A program made the position numbers and the translations under genes. This document shows, one piece after another, positions 47,705-59,415 of a stretch of 64,000 nucleotides of DNA. Numbering within the stretch: position 1 is the first letter of the stretch; each line of letters starts with the position of its first letter. A model generated the notes under the pieces. The model searched no databases. It was not told the DNA's origin and saw only the letters and a program-made list of their open reading frames with translations. Origin of the DNA: Thermodesulfobacteriota bacterium (GTDB lineage Bacteria; Desulfobacterota_D; UBA1144; Nemesobacterales; UBA2774); contig OZ244197.1 of NCBI GenBank assembly GCA_965216785.1, forward strand, positions 1,184,001-1,248,000, read 5' to 3'.

Positions 47705-50407
47705 TCAATTGGGCTCTTCTCTATTAAAGCCCCTTTCCTGAAGAAGCATATTGCGTTTTTGTCGCTCTTCCAGTATACGCTGCATATCGAGCTGTGTCTC
47801 TACAATTCTTGGTGTGAGGAGGATCATCAGGTTGAGTTTCTGGCTCACCCTCTGCTTAAATTTAAACAGGTTGCCCAGAACAGGGATCCTGCCAAGTACC
47901 GGCACTCTGTTTTGCAATACACTCTCACGGTCCTGAACCAAACCTCCAATTACAATAGTCTGGCCGTTTTTCACAACCACTGAAGAATCTGCAGTCCTTG
48001 TAGTCGTAGCAATACCGAACTGTGCGGTGTTTAGCCCCGCTACAGGCTGCTCTCTTATGGCTGATACTTCTGTAAGAATATTCAAGTTAAGAAAATCTCC
48101 TTCGCTTATCTGGGGAGTTATGGCAAGTCTTATACCTACAGGCTCCCTCTGAATAGTCTGTACAGTTACGCCCCCGTCCCCTACGGTGCTGCCGGTCGGG
48201 AAAGGTATGACGTCTGCGACTATGATTTCGGCAGGCTCATTGTCAGTGGTTATGATGCTTGGCGTGGATAGCACATTTACGTCGGTCAGCGATGTAATCG
48301 CCTGAAATAGAGCTGTGAAAGAAGGTATGGGCGGTATCGGCCCAGAGCCGTCAGGATCGACCTCTTCCCCTACAACTCCAAGGAATAGCCCGGAGAGGCT
48401 TCCAAGCAGGTTTGCGGAGGCTTCAGGGTCGGCTGCCACTCCAAGCAGGCTTGGGACACCCGGAAGCACCGTACCTCCGAAGCCCAGTGTGCTGTCGTTT
48501 ACCGTAAACCCGATGCTCAGATTGGTGCCGAACGAGCGGAGCTTGTCCAGGCTTACTTCAAGTATTGCAGCTTCGACAAACACCTGCTTTCTTCTTATAT
48601 CTAGCTGATCAATTACCTCTTTTATCGTCTCGTAGTCCCTTCTTGATCCTATTACTATTACGGAGTTTGTGGCCGGGTCTGCCGTGATCCTGAGCTCGTC
48701 GGTCTCGGCTACTATGCTGGAAAGCCCTGCAGTGGTTTGACGTTGTATAGCCTGTCTTGATTGTAGAGTACCGGTGCCGCCGCCTATTCCTGTTTGTCCG
48801 CCTATACCCCCAAGACCTCTAGAGCCGGTTCTCTGAGCCCTCTCTGAGATGGTGCCTCTTCCGATTCCCCCTCCGCCTCCACCAAATAGAGCGGAAAGAA
48901 CGCCTACCAGCTGCTCCGCGTCCGCATTTAGCACTCTTATGACAAATATGCCGTCCTCAGGGATGTCCGTTTTCACATCCAGTATCTCAACCACCGCTTT
49001 AATCTTTGCCATGTCTTCAGGGTAGGCGATGATAATTAGTGAATTAGTCCGCTCATCGGTTATTACCTTAAACCCTACGGCTGAGGAATCGGCTGTAGAC
49101 TGAGAGGTAATCTGCGGCTGCTGTGTAGTTGTTTCTCTGGTTCTTCTCGTAGTGGAACGGCTTCTCTGGGCCGAGGTCTGACGCTGGGCTGTTCTCGTAG
49201 TACGTGCCGTAGATGTAGTGGAACCCCCGGTCCCGCCGAATATTTCAACAAGCTTTGTGGCGACTTCAGAGGCTTCGGCGTTTTCAATCTTAATGAATTC
49301 TATCTCAGTCTCAACGTCGAGATTCTCTATAATCTTCAGCACTCTGTTAAGATTATCCCCTGTTTCAATGATGATAAGCATATTCAGGGCCGGGTAAACC
49401 ACTATGTCACCCTCCCTGGATATAAGGGGCTTTAATATGTTTGCTGCGTCGTTGGCTTTGATGTTGTCCAGTTGGATGAGTCTCGTTATGAAACTATCTG
49501 AAGGCTCTCCATAATCGCTGCCGACTTCTGTAGGGATACTTTTAATCTTTATGTCCCTTTTCGGTACGATGATATTTGTGCCGTCTTTTTTAACTATAGA
49601 AAAACCGTTTAAGCTTAGAATTGTCTCAAAAAGCCTCATTGCGTTTTCCCGCTTAAAACCGCCCGGCGCTATGACAGTGATCTTTTTACCTTTCACCGAT
49701 TCGTCTAAAATGAAGTTTTCTGAAGTAATCTCGCTTATGGTTTGAATCAGGTCCTGTACGTCCATCTCGGCCTGGAGATTTACGATCTCGCCGTCTGTAA
49801 TAATTACCTCGGCCGGGGCGTCAGGTGATGTTGCCTCTGTTGTTTCAGGAGATGTTTCGGATTCTCCGTTTATCGCTTGTTGTCTTCTCTCCATCCGCTT
49901 TTGCTGAAGCTCCTCCCGCTTCTGCATCATCTCGCGGCGTCTTCTCTCACGCTCCGCCTTACGTTCTTCCTGAGCCCTCAGGTCCTCAGATGCCTGGTTG
50001 TCTTGAGCCTCACTACTCTCATTTTGATTTTCAACTACCTCATCCGCCTGAGCTAGCACAATATTACTTTTTAGAGAAGGATCGTTTCGCGGGGTTTGGA
50101 CTACGTTCTGAGGAATATCTATGTAGTCACCCGCGACTATTTCATTACCTCTTAGACCGTTTAGTTCCATAATATCGTTCACAGATACCTGAAACTTCTC
50201 CCCGATTGTTGAGAGGGAGTCACCGGTCTCTATTTTATAGCTGATGTCAGCGTTTGTGAGCCCGTTGGCAGATGCCGTCTCTTCAAGCTCTGTAGTTTGA
50301 GCGAAGTTCTCTTGTATGATTGTCTTGTTGTTATCTGTATTAATGTAAATGTAGAGGGTCAATAAAAAGCCAAGAATTAAAACGTTTATGAAAATTCCTT
50401 TTATCAT
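47705..50407 (-). CDS. gspD: Type II secretion secretin GspD with N-terminal LysM domain
   Basis: N0/N-domains, DERTNSL, QVFVEAAILEV, GQTIVIGGL, VPVLGRIPVLGNLFK; LysM YKIETGDSLSTIGEKFQVSVNDIMELNGL. Confidence 0.9.
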   Translation of the reverse strand: MIKGIFINVLILGFLLTLYIYINTDNNKTIIQENFAQTTELEETASANGLTNADISYKIETGDSLSTIGEKFQVSVNDIMELNGLRGNEIVAGDYIDIPQNVVQTPRNDPSLKSNIVLAQADEVVENQNESSEAQDNQASEDLRAQEERKAERERRRREMMQKREELQQKRMERRQQAINGESETSPETTEATSPDAPAEVIITDGEIVNLQAEMDVQDLIQTISEITSENFILDESVKGKKITVIAPGGFKRENAMRLFETILSLNGFSIVKKDGTNIIVPKRDIKIKSIPTEVGSDYGEPSDSFITRLIQLDNIKANDAANILKPLISREGDIVVYPALNMLIIIETGDNLNRVLKIIENLDVETEIEFIKIENAEASEVATKLVEIFGGTGGSTTSTARTTRTAQRQTSAQRSRSTTRRTRETTTQQPQITSQSTADSSAVGFKVITDERTNSLIIIAYPEDMAKIKAVVEILDVKTDIPEDGIFVIRVLNADAEQLVGVLSALFGGGGGGIGRGTISERAQRTGSRGLGGIGGQTGIGGGTGTLQSRQAIQRQTTAGLSSIVAETDELRITADPATNSVIVIGSRRDYETIKEVIDQLDIRRKQVFVEAAILEVSLDKLRSFGTNLSIGFTVNDSTLGFGGTVLPGVPSLLGVAADPEASANLLGSLSGLFLGVVGEEVDPDGSGPIPPIPSFTALFQAITSLTDVNVLSTPSIITTDNEPAEIIVADVIPFPTGSTVGDGGVTVQTIQREPVGIRLAITPQISEGDFLNLNILTEVSAIREQPVAGLNTAQFGIATTTRTADSSVVVKNGQTIVIGGLVQDRESVLQNRVPVLGRIPVLGNLFKFKQRVSQKLNLMILLTPRIVETQLDMQRILEERQKRNMLLQERGFNREEPN

Positions 50408-50508
50408 TTAAACCTCGCTTTGAGGGCGCTTGTAAGAACTCTAGTATTCAATAAGGTCTCTCACGCTTGGGTGAAAGTCAAGAATAACTTGCCTCTTAAA
50501 ATTGATAT

Positions 50509-51477
50509 TTACTCGGTCACTGTATACTCGTTTGTGTACTTTTGTCCGGCTCTTGTGTATTCGATAGTGAAGTTGCTTTCTCCCCTGAGCTCCTCAAATA
50601 CTCCCAAAGCTTTTTCGACATCGTTAAGCTCGACGTTATTTATCTGATGTAGCGTATCTCCGTTTTTAATTCCTATCTTCCAAAAAATACTGTTTGATCG
50701 TATTCCGAAGAACCTGAGGCCGTCTTTTTGTGGTATAACTCTTGCCTCCTGCACAATCTGAGTCGGATCACCCAGGACCTCCTCGAGAGTATCCCGGCTA
50801 ATCTCAAATTCATTTTCGCCTATTTTATTTATCCCCTCATCATTGGCTTGTGATTCTTGATCTCCATTATCCCTCTTGTTCCTGCTGTTTGCCCGGCTAT
50901 TCTTTCTTTTCTGCCGCTTGTTATGTTTTGTAGCGGATGCGACTTCGTCTCCAAGGTTTTTACATTTAATCGTCTCTCGTTCTCTTCTTCCCCTTTCAAT
51001 AACCGCTTTGCAGTTCTTTACTTTGACCAAGGTAACATTCTCTTTTTTGATTATATCTATTTTGTCCCCGCCCCTGTATCCTTGGACTTTGCTATTGTCA
51101 GGGTTTTTGATTATAGCTACTGACTTTGCGTCGGGGTTCATAATAGTTCCCAATAGTACCAAGTTGAGACTAGACTCCGGCAGCTCTTCAGTTGACCCGA
51201 GCGGTGTGCCTGGCCTTGAAGCGCCTGGGCCGCTTGATGTAATGCCGAATATATTCCGGGTCGCGATAACCTTATAATATGACTCGGGCTTTGTTCTGTG
51301 TGCTCTTTTTGAATTGCTCGGATCGATAACATCAAATTTCTGGGACGCTACGGCGTCAGTAGGCTTCAACTTACCTTCAATTTGTCCGTTCACTGTAGTT
51401 GCAAGAAGATATGCAAGGCCGGTGAGGAGGATAAGATTAATAACCCAAACGTATTTTTTTAAAATAGTGACCAGCAT
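50509..51477 (-). CDS. gspC: Type II secretion protein GspC (HR + PDZ)
   Basis: TM helix, RNIFG, LLGTI..AII, PDZ GIKNGD..IN. Confidence 0.85.
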   Translation of the reverse strand: MLVTILKKYVWVINLILLTGLAYLLATTVNGQIEGKLKPTDAVASQKFDVIDPSNSKRAHRTKPESYYKVIATRNIFGITSSGPGASRPGTPLGSTEELPESSLNLVLLGTIMNPDAKSVAIIKNPDNSKVQGYRGGDKIDIIKKENVTLVKVKNCKAVIERGRRERETIKCKNLGDEVASATKHNKRQKRKNSRANSRNKRDNGDQESQANDEGINKIGENEFEISRDTLEEVLGDPTQIVQEARVIPQKDGLRFFGIRSNSIFWKIGIKNGDTLHQINNVELNDVEKALGVFEELRGESNFTIEYTRAGQKYTNEYTVTE

Positions 51478-51628
51478 TTAAGTAGAATAGTTAATTTTAC
51501 CTTAAAAAATAAAGTCTTATACTTTAACTGTCAAGCATTACTTATCTTTTACGCTCAAAAACCGGAAAGTATTCTGAGAATTAAAAATCATATCCTTTTC
51601 GCCAAATCAATTGAAATAAGCCTGAAAA

Positions 51629-53059
51629 TTATTGATAAATTGTACTCTGATTGTAATCTCCGCAGCAGTTTACAAGCTCACTCAGAAGCACGCTCTGGTA
51701 CTCCTTGGTTTTCCATCCGTATCCGTTTGAGAGTATGGAGAAAACGAGTACGTCCCCTTTCTTTGTAAATACGTAGCCCGAGAGTGCCCTTACATTCTTC
51801 AGATATCCTGTTTTAGCCATTACTCTTCCCTCAAGCTCAGAATTCCTGAACCTTTTCTTTAGAGTGCCGTCGACCCCTGCAACAGGGAGCGATACTATGA
51901 AGTCAGAGGCGATCAAGCGGTTTCTGTAAGCATACGATAAGATTTCTGTCAGAGTGTCGGGGGAAACTCGGTTATTTAGCGAAAGCCCCGAGCCGTCTGC
52001 TACTCGGAAGCCGTTTTCAATGCCCGCGCTTCTAAGGAACTCGGAAATTACGAGAGAGCCGTTTTCCCATGTTCCCGGGGCGCCTTTGTAGGTGGCTCCG
52101 AGAACCTTTATTAAATTCTCACCGATAATATTTACGCTGTTCTTATTGTATTCCGTAATTATAGAAGAAAGTGGGTCAGAGTAGTGAGTGTAAAAAGCGC
52201 TCGCCCATCTGGGGATTTCCCCTTTACTCACAGTACCGTCTACCTTTATGCCCGCTTCCTGAAGCGCGCTCTTGATTACATTGCCTGTTACAAGGGCGGG
52301 ATCCTTAACCGGAATTTTAAGCACAACGTTTGCTCTAGGCTTTATCACTCCGCTCAGCACTATGGTGCCTTCGTTCTGCCAGGTGGTTCTGAGCGCTCCC
52401 TTCTTGCCGCTGGTGAGGGCTTTATTGACGATCTGTATATTGGTGCCGGCAGGCTCTATTTTTGCTGTAGGTCTCTGGCCGGATTTAGCGGCGTATACCT
52501 TAAGCTCTATTATATTATAGTTAAAAGAAAGGGCGCTTATATGAGGGCTGTAGAAATCATCTTTCCACTCCTCTTTCCATCCTTTGGCGTGCCGACGCGT
52601 GCTGAAATAGCTGTCGTCTACGATTATTCCGCCTCTTATTTCCTTAATTCCCCTTCTCTTTAGTTGGTAGGAGATAAATCCCAGATGCGCCGCTTCAAGC
52701 GTGGGGTCGCCGTAACCTTTTATATATAGTCCCCCGTGTAAGACTCCGTCCGATACTCCCCCTCCTGAATAGAATTCTGTTTTGAAGCGGTAATCGCTCT
52801 TTAGAATCGAAAGCGCCGCAACAGAGGTTATAATTTTTTCGTTTGAAGCTGGGATAAAGAGCTTCTCTCCGTTATGCTCGTATAATGTCTCACCGGTTGT
52901 GAGTGATTTCACCACAACTCCGAGCTTCGCGGTATTCTTCGCTTCGGCTGGGAGAAGGGGGGCGATTCTGGAAGTGTAAGACGAATTCTCGGCACCCGCA
53001 GTATCCACGGTTATAAATATCAATAAAAAAGCTAGAATAGGGAGTAAAATCGGTCTCAT
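51629..53059 (-). CDS. dacB: D-alanyl-D-alanine carboxypeptidase/endopeptidase (PBP4)
   Basis: PASNEK (SxxK), GDP, SVN, DGSGLS, KTG. Confidence 0.92.
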   Translation of the reverse strand: MRPILLPILAFLLIFITVDTAGAENSSYTSRIAPLLPAEAKNTAKLGVVVKSLTTGETLYEHNGEKLFIPASNEKIITSVAALSILKSDYRFKTEFYSGGGVSDGVLHGGLYIKGYGDPTLEAAHLGFISYQLKRRGIKEIRGGIIVDDSYFSTRRHAKGWKEEWKDDFYSPHISALSFNYNIIELKVYAAKSGQRPTAKIEPAGTNIQIVNKALTSGKKGALRTTWQNEGTIVLSGVIKPRANVVLKIPVKDPALVTGNVIKSALQEAGIKVDGTVSKGEIPRWASAFYTHYSDPLSSIITEYNKNSVNIIGENLIKVLGATYKGAPGTWENGSLVISEFLRSAGIENGFRVADGSGLSLNNRVSPDTLTEILSYAYRNRLIASDFIVSLPVAGVDGTLKKRFRNSELEGRVMAKTGYLKNVRALSGYVFTKKGDVLVFSILSNGYGWKTKEYQSVLLSELVNCCGDYNQSTIYQ

Positions 53060-53283
53060 AATAAGAATTATATATTAACCGTAAGCGCTTTTTATTTCAA
53101 AGAAAAATTTCAATTTTTTTCTAGAGCGGTCAAAATTACCGTATACACATTAATTCCCCCGGGAGCGCCGCGCCGGAGTTCATAGATAAAATTGACATCT
53201 ATGCTATGATTTATTCTGTAGCGTTTATTACTACTTTTGGGAATAATTCGGGTCTGGCCACATACATCAAGCGATAAAATAAA

Positions 53284-53982
53284 ATGCGAATCAGCAATAA
53301 AAAAGGGATTTTCTTTGATTTCGGAGATACTCTGGCCTCTACAGATCCGCCGTTTATTACTCGTATAGCAATGTCTATGAGAGAGGCGGGGCTGGATATC
53401 TCGAACAGGGAATTTGAGGTTAAGTACGTAGAGGCTGATTACAAGCTGTACTTAAAACATAAGGTAAGAGGCGGAATGACTCCTGAAGACTATAGACAAT
53501 GGTTTCTGCCTATATTGTATGAATCGTTATCCATAGAAAGTGATATTCAGGAATTCCGGCAAAACGTAAGAGCCGCTATGAGCAAGATCGAGTTTACAAG
53601 GATCGCTCTTCCGGGCGCTCTGGACCTTCTGGACGATCTTAAGCGAAGGGGTTATAAACTCGGGGTTATATCGAATAATGACGGATACACAGAGAGTAAG
53701 TGTGAAGAGGTTGGGATCAGCGGTTTTTTCGATTTCATGCTGGATTCTACCAGGCTTGATATGATTAAGCCCGACCAGCGGATTTTTCGCCATGCGCTCA
53801 AGCGAGCAGAGCTCTTACCCGAAGATGTTGTTCACGTTGGGGATATGATCGGCTCAGATGTGATGGGGGCCGATAATGCGGGGTTGGACGCTATATGGGT
53901 GAACTCAAGGGACGTCGATAACGTGAGCGGAAAAGAGGTAAAGCAAGTTAATAATCTGGCCGAATTAAAATCCATTATCTAA
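53284..53982 (+). CDS. HAD-family hydrolase
   Basis: [18 protein letters not shown]...DVMGA. Confidence 0.88.
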   Translation: MRISNKKGIFFDFGDTLASTDPPFITRIAMSMREAGLDISNREFEVKYVEADYKLYLKHKVRGGMTPEDYRQWFLPILYESLSIESDIQEFRQNVRAAMSKIEFTRIALPGALDLLDDLKRRGYKLGVISNNDGYTESKCEEVGISGFFDFMLDSTRLDMIKPDQRIFRHALKRAELLPEDVVHVGDMIGSDVMGADNAGLDAIWVNSRDVDNVSGKEVKQVNNLAELKSII

Positions 53983-54061
53983 TTTTCTTTTGTGAATTAT
54001 CCGGTATTCCCTAAAATATTGATTATTACCAGTACTCAATACGGTGCCTGAGGAACTATTT

Positions 54062-56794
54062 ATGGAAGGTAAGATAAAGATAGAAGGGGCTAGGGAAAAT
54101 AACCTCAAGAATATCAACGTTGAGGTTCCGTGGCACAAGTATACTGTGATCACCGGGCTTAGCGGCTCGGGAAAGTCCTCACTTGCGCTCGATACTCTTT
54201 ATGCCGAGGGGCTGAGGAGATATATCGAATGCCTTTCAACGTATGCGAGGCAGTTTCTTGAAAGAGTAGACCGCCCGGACATGGACGACATTACGGGCCT
54301 TCCCCCGGCTGTCGCAATTGAGAGCAGAAATACGGTAAGGAACTCCCGCTCTACCGTGGGCACCACGACAGAGATATATGATTATTTGAGGCTTCTATAC
54401 GCCAAGATCGGAAAGACCTATTGCCCGGACTGTAATAAGCTTGTGAGTCTGCGCTCAGCCTCGGATATAGCCCGGGAGTTATTAAAGAATCACCCGGGAG
54501 AGAGGGTATATATTACATTCCCTTACGGAAGCACAGGCTATACACAGGCCGAGCTATTATCCAGAGGGTACGTTAGAGCGCTGGTCGACGGGGAAATGCG
54601 GGAGATAGAAGAAGCCGACCTGACACCCGAAAACACAGAAGTTTTGGTTGACCGCGTCGCGGTAGATAAAAAATCACTCCCAAGGATAGTGGATTCCATT
54701 GAGACCGCATTTTCGGAGAGCAGGAATATTCACGTTATTATCCACGGCGGCGAGACTCTTTATTATTCAAAAGAGCTTGAATGCGTTTCTTGCAAGAAAC
54801 GTTTTTTAGAGCCTACGCCTTTACTGTTTTCATTTAACAGCCCTCAGGGGGCATGCTCTGAGTGCAGGGGGTTTGGAAACATACTTAAGCCCGACCCAGA
54901 GCTATTGGTGCCCGATCCCGAAAAGAGTCTGTCCGAGGGCGCTATAGAGCCCCTGACCAAGCCCTCGCTTAAAAGCAGAGAGAAAAAGATGCTCGAATTC
55001 GCAGTGACTGAGGGGATAGATACGGATAAACCTTACAAGAAACTCACCAAAAAAGAGAAGGATCTAATATTCAACGGAGGCGAGGGGTTTAGAGGTATAA
55101 ACGGCGTCTTCAGATACCTTGAGGGTAAGAGCTATAAGATGCATGTTCGGGTGTTTCTCAGTAAATACCGCTCGGCTTTTGACTGCGATATGTGTAAAGG
55201 GTCGAGGCTGAGGGAGGAGGCGCTGTATGTGAAAGTCGGCGGAAAAGATATTTCAGAGCTCTCTGAATTATCCATCGATAGGCTGGAGCAATTTTTCAGC
55301 AAGTTGTCACTGAGTGGCTATGAGAAGAATATCGCGGATGAAATATTAAAACAGATCAATTCCAGAACTGATTTTCTCCTAAAGGTAGGTCTTGAATACC
55401 TTACCCTTTCCCGGCTCACGCGCTCTCTCTCGGGCGGGGAGGCTCAGAGGGTAAGCCTCGCCTGCCAGCTGGGTTCTAGCCTCACGGAGACTCTATATAT
55501 TATGGACGAGCCTTCTATTGGTCTTCACGCGCGCGATATCGGTCGTCTGGTTTCGCTCATTCATGAGCTCAGGGACAGAGATAACACAGTGGTCGTAGTA
55601 GAGCACGATTTTGAGATGATAAAGTCTGCTGACCATATAGTGGAACTCGGGCCGCTCGCGGGAAAGAAGGGCGGGGACATAGTGTATCAGGGAAGCGCGA
55701 AAAAGCTCCTCAGCAATTCCAACAGCTCCCTTACTAAAAGCTATATGCTGGGGGAGGAGCGGATTGCGGCGCCTTCAAAGAGAAGGAAGGGGAGCGGAAG
55801 AAAGTTAACCGTTAAAGGCGCTGCCGAAAATAATCTTAAAAACCTTACAGTATCGTTTCCTCTAAGGACTTTCATATGCGTTACGGGAGTCTCGGGCTCA
55901 GGCAAAAGCTCCCTTGTGAACGATGTTTTGTATGCGGCGCTTGCGAGGAGCTTCAGGGGAGATGTAGAGAGAGTGGGCAAATTCAAGGAAATTAAGGGGG
56001 CTGAGCTGCTTTCAGACGTAGTAATGCTCGATCAGAATCCCATCGGTAAGACTCTCAGATCAAACCCAGTGACATACATAAAGGCTTATGACGAGATAAG
56101 AAAAGCCATTGCCGGCACTTGGCAGGCGAAATCAAAAGGTCTTACCCCGTCTCATTTTTCGTTCAACGTCAAAGGCGGGCGGTGCGAGACGTGCGAAGGC
56201 GAGGGCAGACTCAAGATCGAGATGCACTTTCTGGCTGACGTCTATGTCGTCTGTGAGGACTGCAGTGGGCTCCGCTTTAAAAAAGAAGTGCTCTCGGTCA
56301 GATACAAGGATAAGAATATTGACGATATTTTAAAACTCACTGTGAATGAAGCTATAAACTTTTTCTTTGAAGTTCCCGCCTTGGGCAGAAAATTAAAAAT
56401 TCTTCAGGACGTAGGGCTCGGTTATCTGAGTCTCGGTCAGCCTGCGCCCACACTATCGGGAGGGGAAGCGCAGCGTATAAAGATTGCAAGGGAGCTCGGC
56501 AAAAAAACGGGCCACGACATACTATATATTTTGGATGAGCCTACGGTAGGGCTCCACGCGGAGGATGTGAAAAAACTCCTGGAGGTTATAAATAAGCTCG
56601 TTTACGCGGGCAACACGGTGATCCTGGTCGAGCACAATATGGACGTGATAAAATCCGCAGACCACGTGATTGATCTCGGTCCCGAGGGAGGGGAAGCGGG
56701 CGGTAATATCGTCGTCGAGGGGACTCCCGAGGTTGTGGCGGATTCTATGCGGTCATATACCGGCAAATATCTGAAAGAGGCTCTATCTCTGTAG
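54062..56794 (+). CDS. uvrA: Excinuclease ABC subunit A
   Basis: Two ABC domains ([24 protein letters not shown] x2), zinc fingers. Confidence 0.93.
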   Translation: MEGKIKIEGARENNLKNINVEVPWHKYTVITGLSGSGKSSLALDTLYAEGLRRYIECLSTYARQFLERVDRPDMDDITGLPPAVAIESRNTVRNSRSTVGTTTEIYDYLRLLYAKIGKTYCPDCNKLVSLRSASDIARELLKNHPGERVYITFPYGSTGYTQAELLSRGYVRALVDGEMREIEEADLTPENTEVLVDRVAVDKKSLPRIVDSIETAFSESRNIHVIIHGGETLYYSKELECVSCKKRFLEPTPLLFSFNSPQGACSECRGFGNILKPDPELLVPDPEKSLSEGAIEPLTKPSLKSREKKMLEFAVTEGIDTDKPYKKLTKKEKDLIFNGGEGFRGINGVFRYLEGKSYKMHVRVFLSKYRSAFDCDMCKGSRLREEALYVKVGGKDISELSELSIDRLEQFFSKLSLSGYEKNIADEILKQINSRTDFLLKVGLEYLTLSRLTRSLSGGEAQRVSLACQLGSSLTETLYIMDEPSIGLHARDIGRLVSLIHELRDRDNTVVVVEHDFEMIKSADHIVELGPLAGKKGGDIVYQGSAKKLLSNSNSSLTKSYMLGEERIAAPSKRRKGSGRKLTVKGAAENNLKNLTVSFPLRTFICVTGVSGSGKSSLVNDVLYAALARSFRGDVERVGKFKEIKGAELLSDVVMLDQNPIGKTLRSNPVTYIKAYDEIRKAIAGTWQAKSKGLTPSHFSFNVKGGRCETCEGEGRLKIEMHFLADVYVVCEDCSGLRFKKEVLSVRYKDKNIDDILKLTVNEAINFFFEVPALGRKLKILQDVGLGYLSLGQPAPTLSGGEAQRIKIARELGKKTGHDILYILDEPTVGLHAEDVKKLLEVINKLVYAGNTVILVEHNMDVIKSADHVIDLGPEGGEAGGNIVVEGTPEVVADSMRSYTGKYLKEALSL

Positions 56795-56924
56795 AGCGTA
56801 TTGGGCTCTCTTCATCAAAACGTAATTCAGCTAAATAATCTCGGAAATAAACGGGAAAAACTTGAAAATCTTATAATAAGGTATATATAAGTACTGATAA
56901 ATTCGCACGGAGTAACTTTATTAA

Positions 56925-58031
56925 ATGGCCAACGGAAAACGGGATTACTATGAAATACTTGGTGTTTCAAGAGACGCCAATGCAGATGAGATAAAAAAAG
57001 CTTACCGAAAGCTCGCCCTCCAGCACCACCCCGACCACAATGATGAGCCGGGTTCTGAAGAAAAGTTCAAAGAGCTATCTGAAGCCTACGGCGTGCTTTC
57101 AGACCCTGAAAAGCGCGCGCGCTATGACCGCGGCGGGTTCGAGGGACTCGATGGCGTATCGTTCGAGGATATATTCGGCGGGATTAACTTCGGGGACATA
57201 TTCGGGGGCGCAAGAGCCGGTAGAGGAGGCGGTGGAGGCGGGTTCGGCAGCGTCTTCGACGACCTGTTCGGGTTCGGCGGAAGACGGGGCCCTCAGGGCG
57301 GAATGAGCGTTCAGACGGAGGTAACCGTACCGCTTAAGACAATACTCACCGGCGGAGATGAGAAGATTAAGTACAGCCGTACCCAGACTTGTCCCGTTTG
57401 CGACGGGTCAAGAGCAAAACCGGGAACAGAGCCTATTAGCTGTGAGGAATGCGGAGGCGCCGGACAGAAGGTGTTTACCTCTCAGCAGCAGGGAATGGTG
57501 TTTCAGCAGGTTGCTGTGTGTGAAGTTTGCGGGGGGCTCGGTTCGATAATTGAAGACCCCTGCACCGACTGCAGAGGAACCGGGAGCGTCGAGCAGGAAA
57601 CCGAAATCGAGATAAAAATTCCACCCGGAGTAGACGAAGGGACAGCGCTAAGAGTTCCGGGACATGGGAATCTGAGTCCCGCGCCGGGAGGGCCGCCGGG
57701 GGACCTGATTGTGGTTATTAATACGGAGGATGATCCCAGGTTTGTGCGCAGAGGAGACCACCTTCAGCGTACGGAAAATATCAGCATATCAGACGCCGTA
57801 CTCGGCACAAAACGAGACGTACCTACTCTTTTAGGTGAAATAGAGGTTAAAATACCCGCGGGCACGCAGCCGGGCACGGTTATGCGTCTCGCGAACGAAG
57901 GTCTCCCCAATTACGGCTCGGGCAGACGCGGCGATATTTACCTCAATATCCAGGTTGAAATACCCAAAAAACCATCTAAAGAAGAAAAGAAGATATTTGA
58001 GCAGTTACAAGAGCTGCAAGATAAGAAATAA
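56925..58031 (+). CDS. dnaJ: Chaperone DnaJ (class A)
   Basis: J-domain with HPD, G/F region, four CxxCxGxG-type repeats, C-terminal domain. Confidence 0.92.
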   Translation: MANGKRDYYEILGVSRDANADEIKKAYRKLALQHHPDHNDEPGSEEKFKELSEAYGVLSDPEKRARYDRGGFEGLDGVSFEDIFGGINFGDIFGGARAGRGGGGGGFGSVFDDLFGFGGRRGPQGGMSVQTEVTVPLKTILTGGDEKIKYSRTQTCPVCDGSRAKPGTEPISCEECGGAGQKVFTSQQQGMVFQQVAVCEVCGGLGSIIEDPCTDCRGTGSVEQETEIEIKIPPGVDEGTALRVPGHGNLSPAPGGPPGDLIVVINTEDDPRFVRRGDHLQRTENISISDAVLGTKRDVPTLLGEIEVKIPAGTQPGTVMRLANEGLPNYGSGRRGDIYLNIQVEIPKKPSKEEKKIFEQLQELQDKK

Positions 58032-58076
58032 TCTTTTTGCCTGCCTTTGATCCCATTTAACTATGGAGGACGGAGC

Positions 58077-58466
58077 ATGAAATATTTACAGATGAGCAAC
58101 AAAGAGCTTGCCCTGTTCTTATTTCGTATTGTTGTGGGTGTTAACTTTCTCATGCATGGGGCGGTAAGGGTCTTGGGCGACTACGGTGGATTTGCCTCAG
58201 GCATGGTGAGTGATTTCGGAGAAACCTTTCTTCACCCTCTGTCCGTCATGGCTCTTGCTTATGTGATACCCATAATAGAGCTGATTATCGGTATAATCCT
58301 CGTGACAGGCTATAAGCTCAGATACGGACTGATCCTCGGATTCCTACTGATGGCTGTTCTGATCTTCGGAATGTCTTTACTTCAGCAATGGGCGGTTGTG
58401 GGTACTCAAATGATATACGCGATCTCTTTATTTCTTCTCCTGTATTTTCAGGAAGACGAGACTTAG
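58077..58466 (+). CDS. DoxX family membrane protein
   Basis: RIVVGVNFLMHG...IELIIG, four TM helices. Confidence 0.8.
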   Translation: MKYLQMSNKELALFLFRIVVGVNFLMHGAVRVLGDYGGFASGMVSDFGETFLHPLSVMALAYVIPIIELIIGIILVTGYKLRYGLILGFLLMAVLIFGMSLLQQWAVVGTQMIYAISLFLLLYFQEDET

Positions 58467-58498
58467 CACAGATACCGGCTTAAATTTTTACGCTTACA

Positions 58499-59236
58499 TT
58501 ACTTGTATAGCCCAAGAGTAAATGGGAAGCTCAGCACCTGCGTGTCGTTTGGTTTTTCAGGGTCTCTCCAGCCTACGTCCAGAAATACCTCGGGCACTTC
58601 TCCCGGCAGGTGTCTGAAATAAACGTAGCCGCTGACATTTGAACCCGGATAAACAGGACCCGAGACCAGAGCGAAGGTGAGGATGTCTTTGGTGCTCACG
58701 GGTTCTGCCTGATAAGCCGTGGGCGGTGCGTACCAGCCCGGATAATAGTTATAAATTCCGACCGCGGGCCCGTAGTATCCTCTCCTGCCGTAACCTCTGC
58801 CGTAACCATATCCCCCGCCGAATCCAAACCCAACGCCGACCGATACCCTGGGGTAAGAGGGCGCGTTGTATCCATACGCAGGCTCGGAGGTCGAAACCGC
58901 GGATGCCACAACTTCAGGCGACAGCGGGTTATACTGGGTACGGTAAGGATCGAACAGCACTACGTCACTGTAATTAATATCAATCGTCTTGCCTGACTGA
59001 TTATCTATCTCCACAAAATAAGGGGTTACGTAATCGGGCAGGTTGTGGGGAGTGTATGGCCAGTAATTAGGCGTCACTTTGACCGTTACACCGTTTTCAC
59101 TGCTAAGAGTCGATGGTATCGGGGCTTGAAGCTCATCTCTTCCTCCGTAATAACCAGGAGCGCAGCCCGCCAGAATCAGAAGTGATATAAATACTCCCGC
59201 GCTGAGAACCCTTGTTCTGGAATTTAGGTATTTCAT
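58499..59236 (-). CDS. Hypothetical lipoprotein with Gly/Tyr-rich insert
   Basis: LAGC lipobox; GYG repeats; SGYVYF. Confidence 0.7.
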   Translation of the reverse strand: MKYLNSRTRVLSAGVFISLLILAGCAPGYYGGRDELQAPIPSTLSSENGVTVKVTPNYWPYTPHNLPDYVTPYFVEIDNQSGKTIDINYSDVVLFDPYRTQYNPLSPEVVASAVSTSEPAYGYNAPSYPRVSVGVGFGFGGGYGYGRGYGRRGYYGPAVGIYNYYPGWYAPPTAYQAEPVSTKDILTFALVSGPVYPGSNVSGYVYFRHLPGEVPEVFLDVGWRDPEKPNDTQVLSFPFTLGLYK

Positions 59237-59415
59237 ATTTGATAGCCCCCCGTGACCTGCGTTTACATCCTTTGCATAAGTATAAAGAACAGGGGAAGCG
59301 GTTTCTACGAAAACTTTATACAGTTAAATCTACTATATTCGAGTGTGGATTTGGACAAAGGGGTCATATTTGCTACAATAAAGTTCAAAAATCAAATAGG
59401 AGACTTAAAAAGAAA

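Noticed and set aside
58760-58830. Short tandem GCCGTAACC-like repeats
   Set aside because: Explained by the coded GYGRGYG low-complexity segment of the lipoprotein.
59212-59415. 68-aa N-terminal extension of the 503-aa ORF
   Set aside because: Overlaps the divergent lipoprotein gene and intergenic promoter region; RBS supports ATG 59416.
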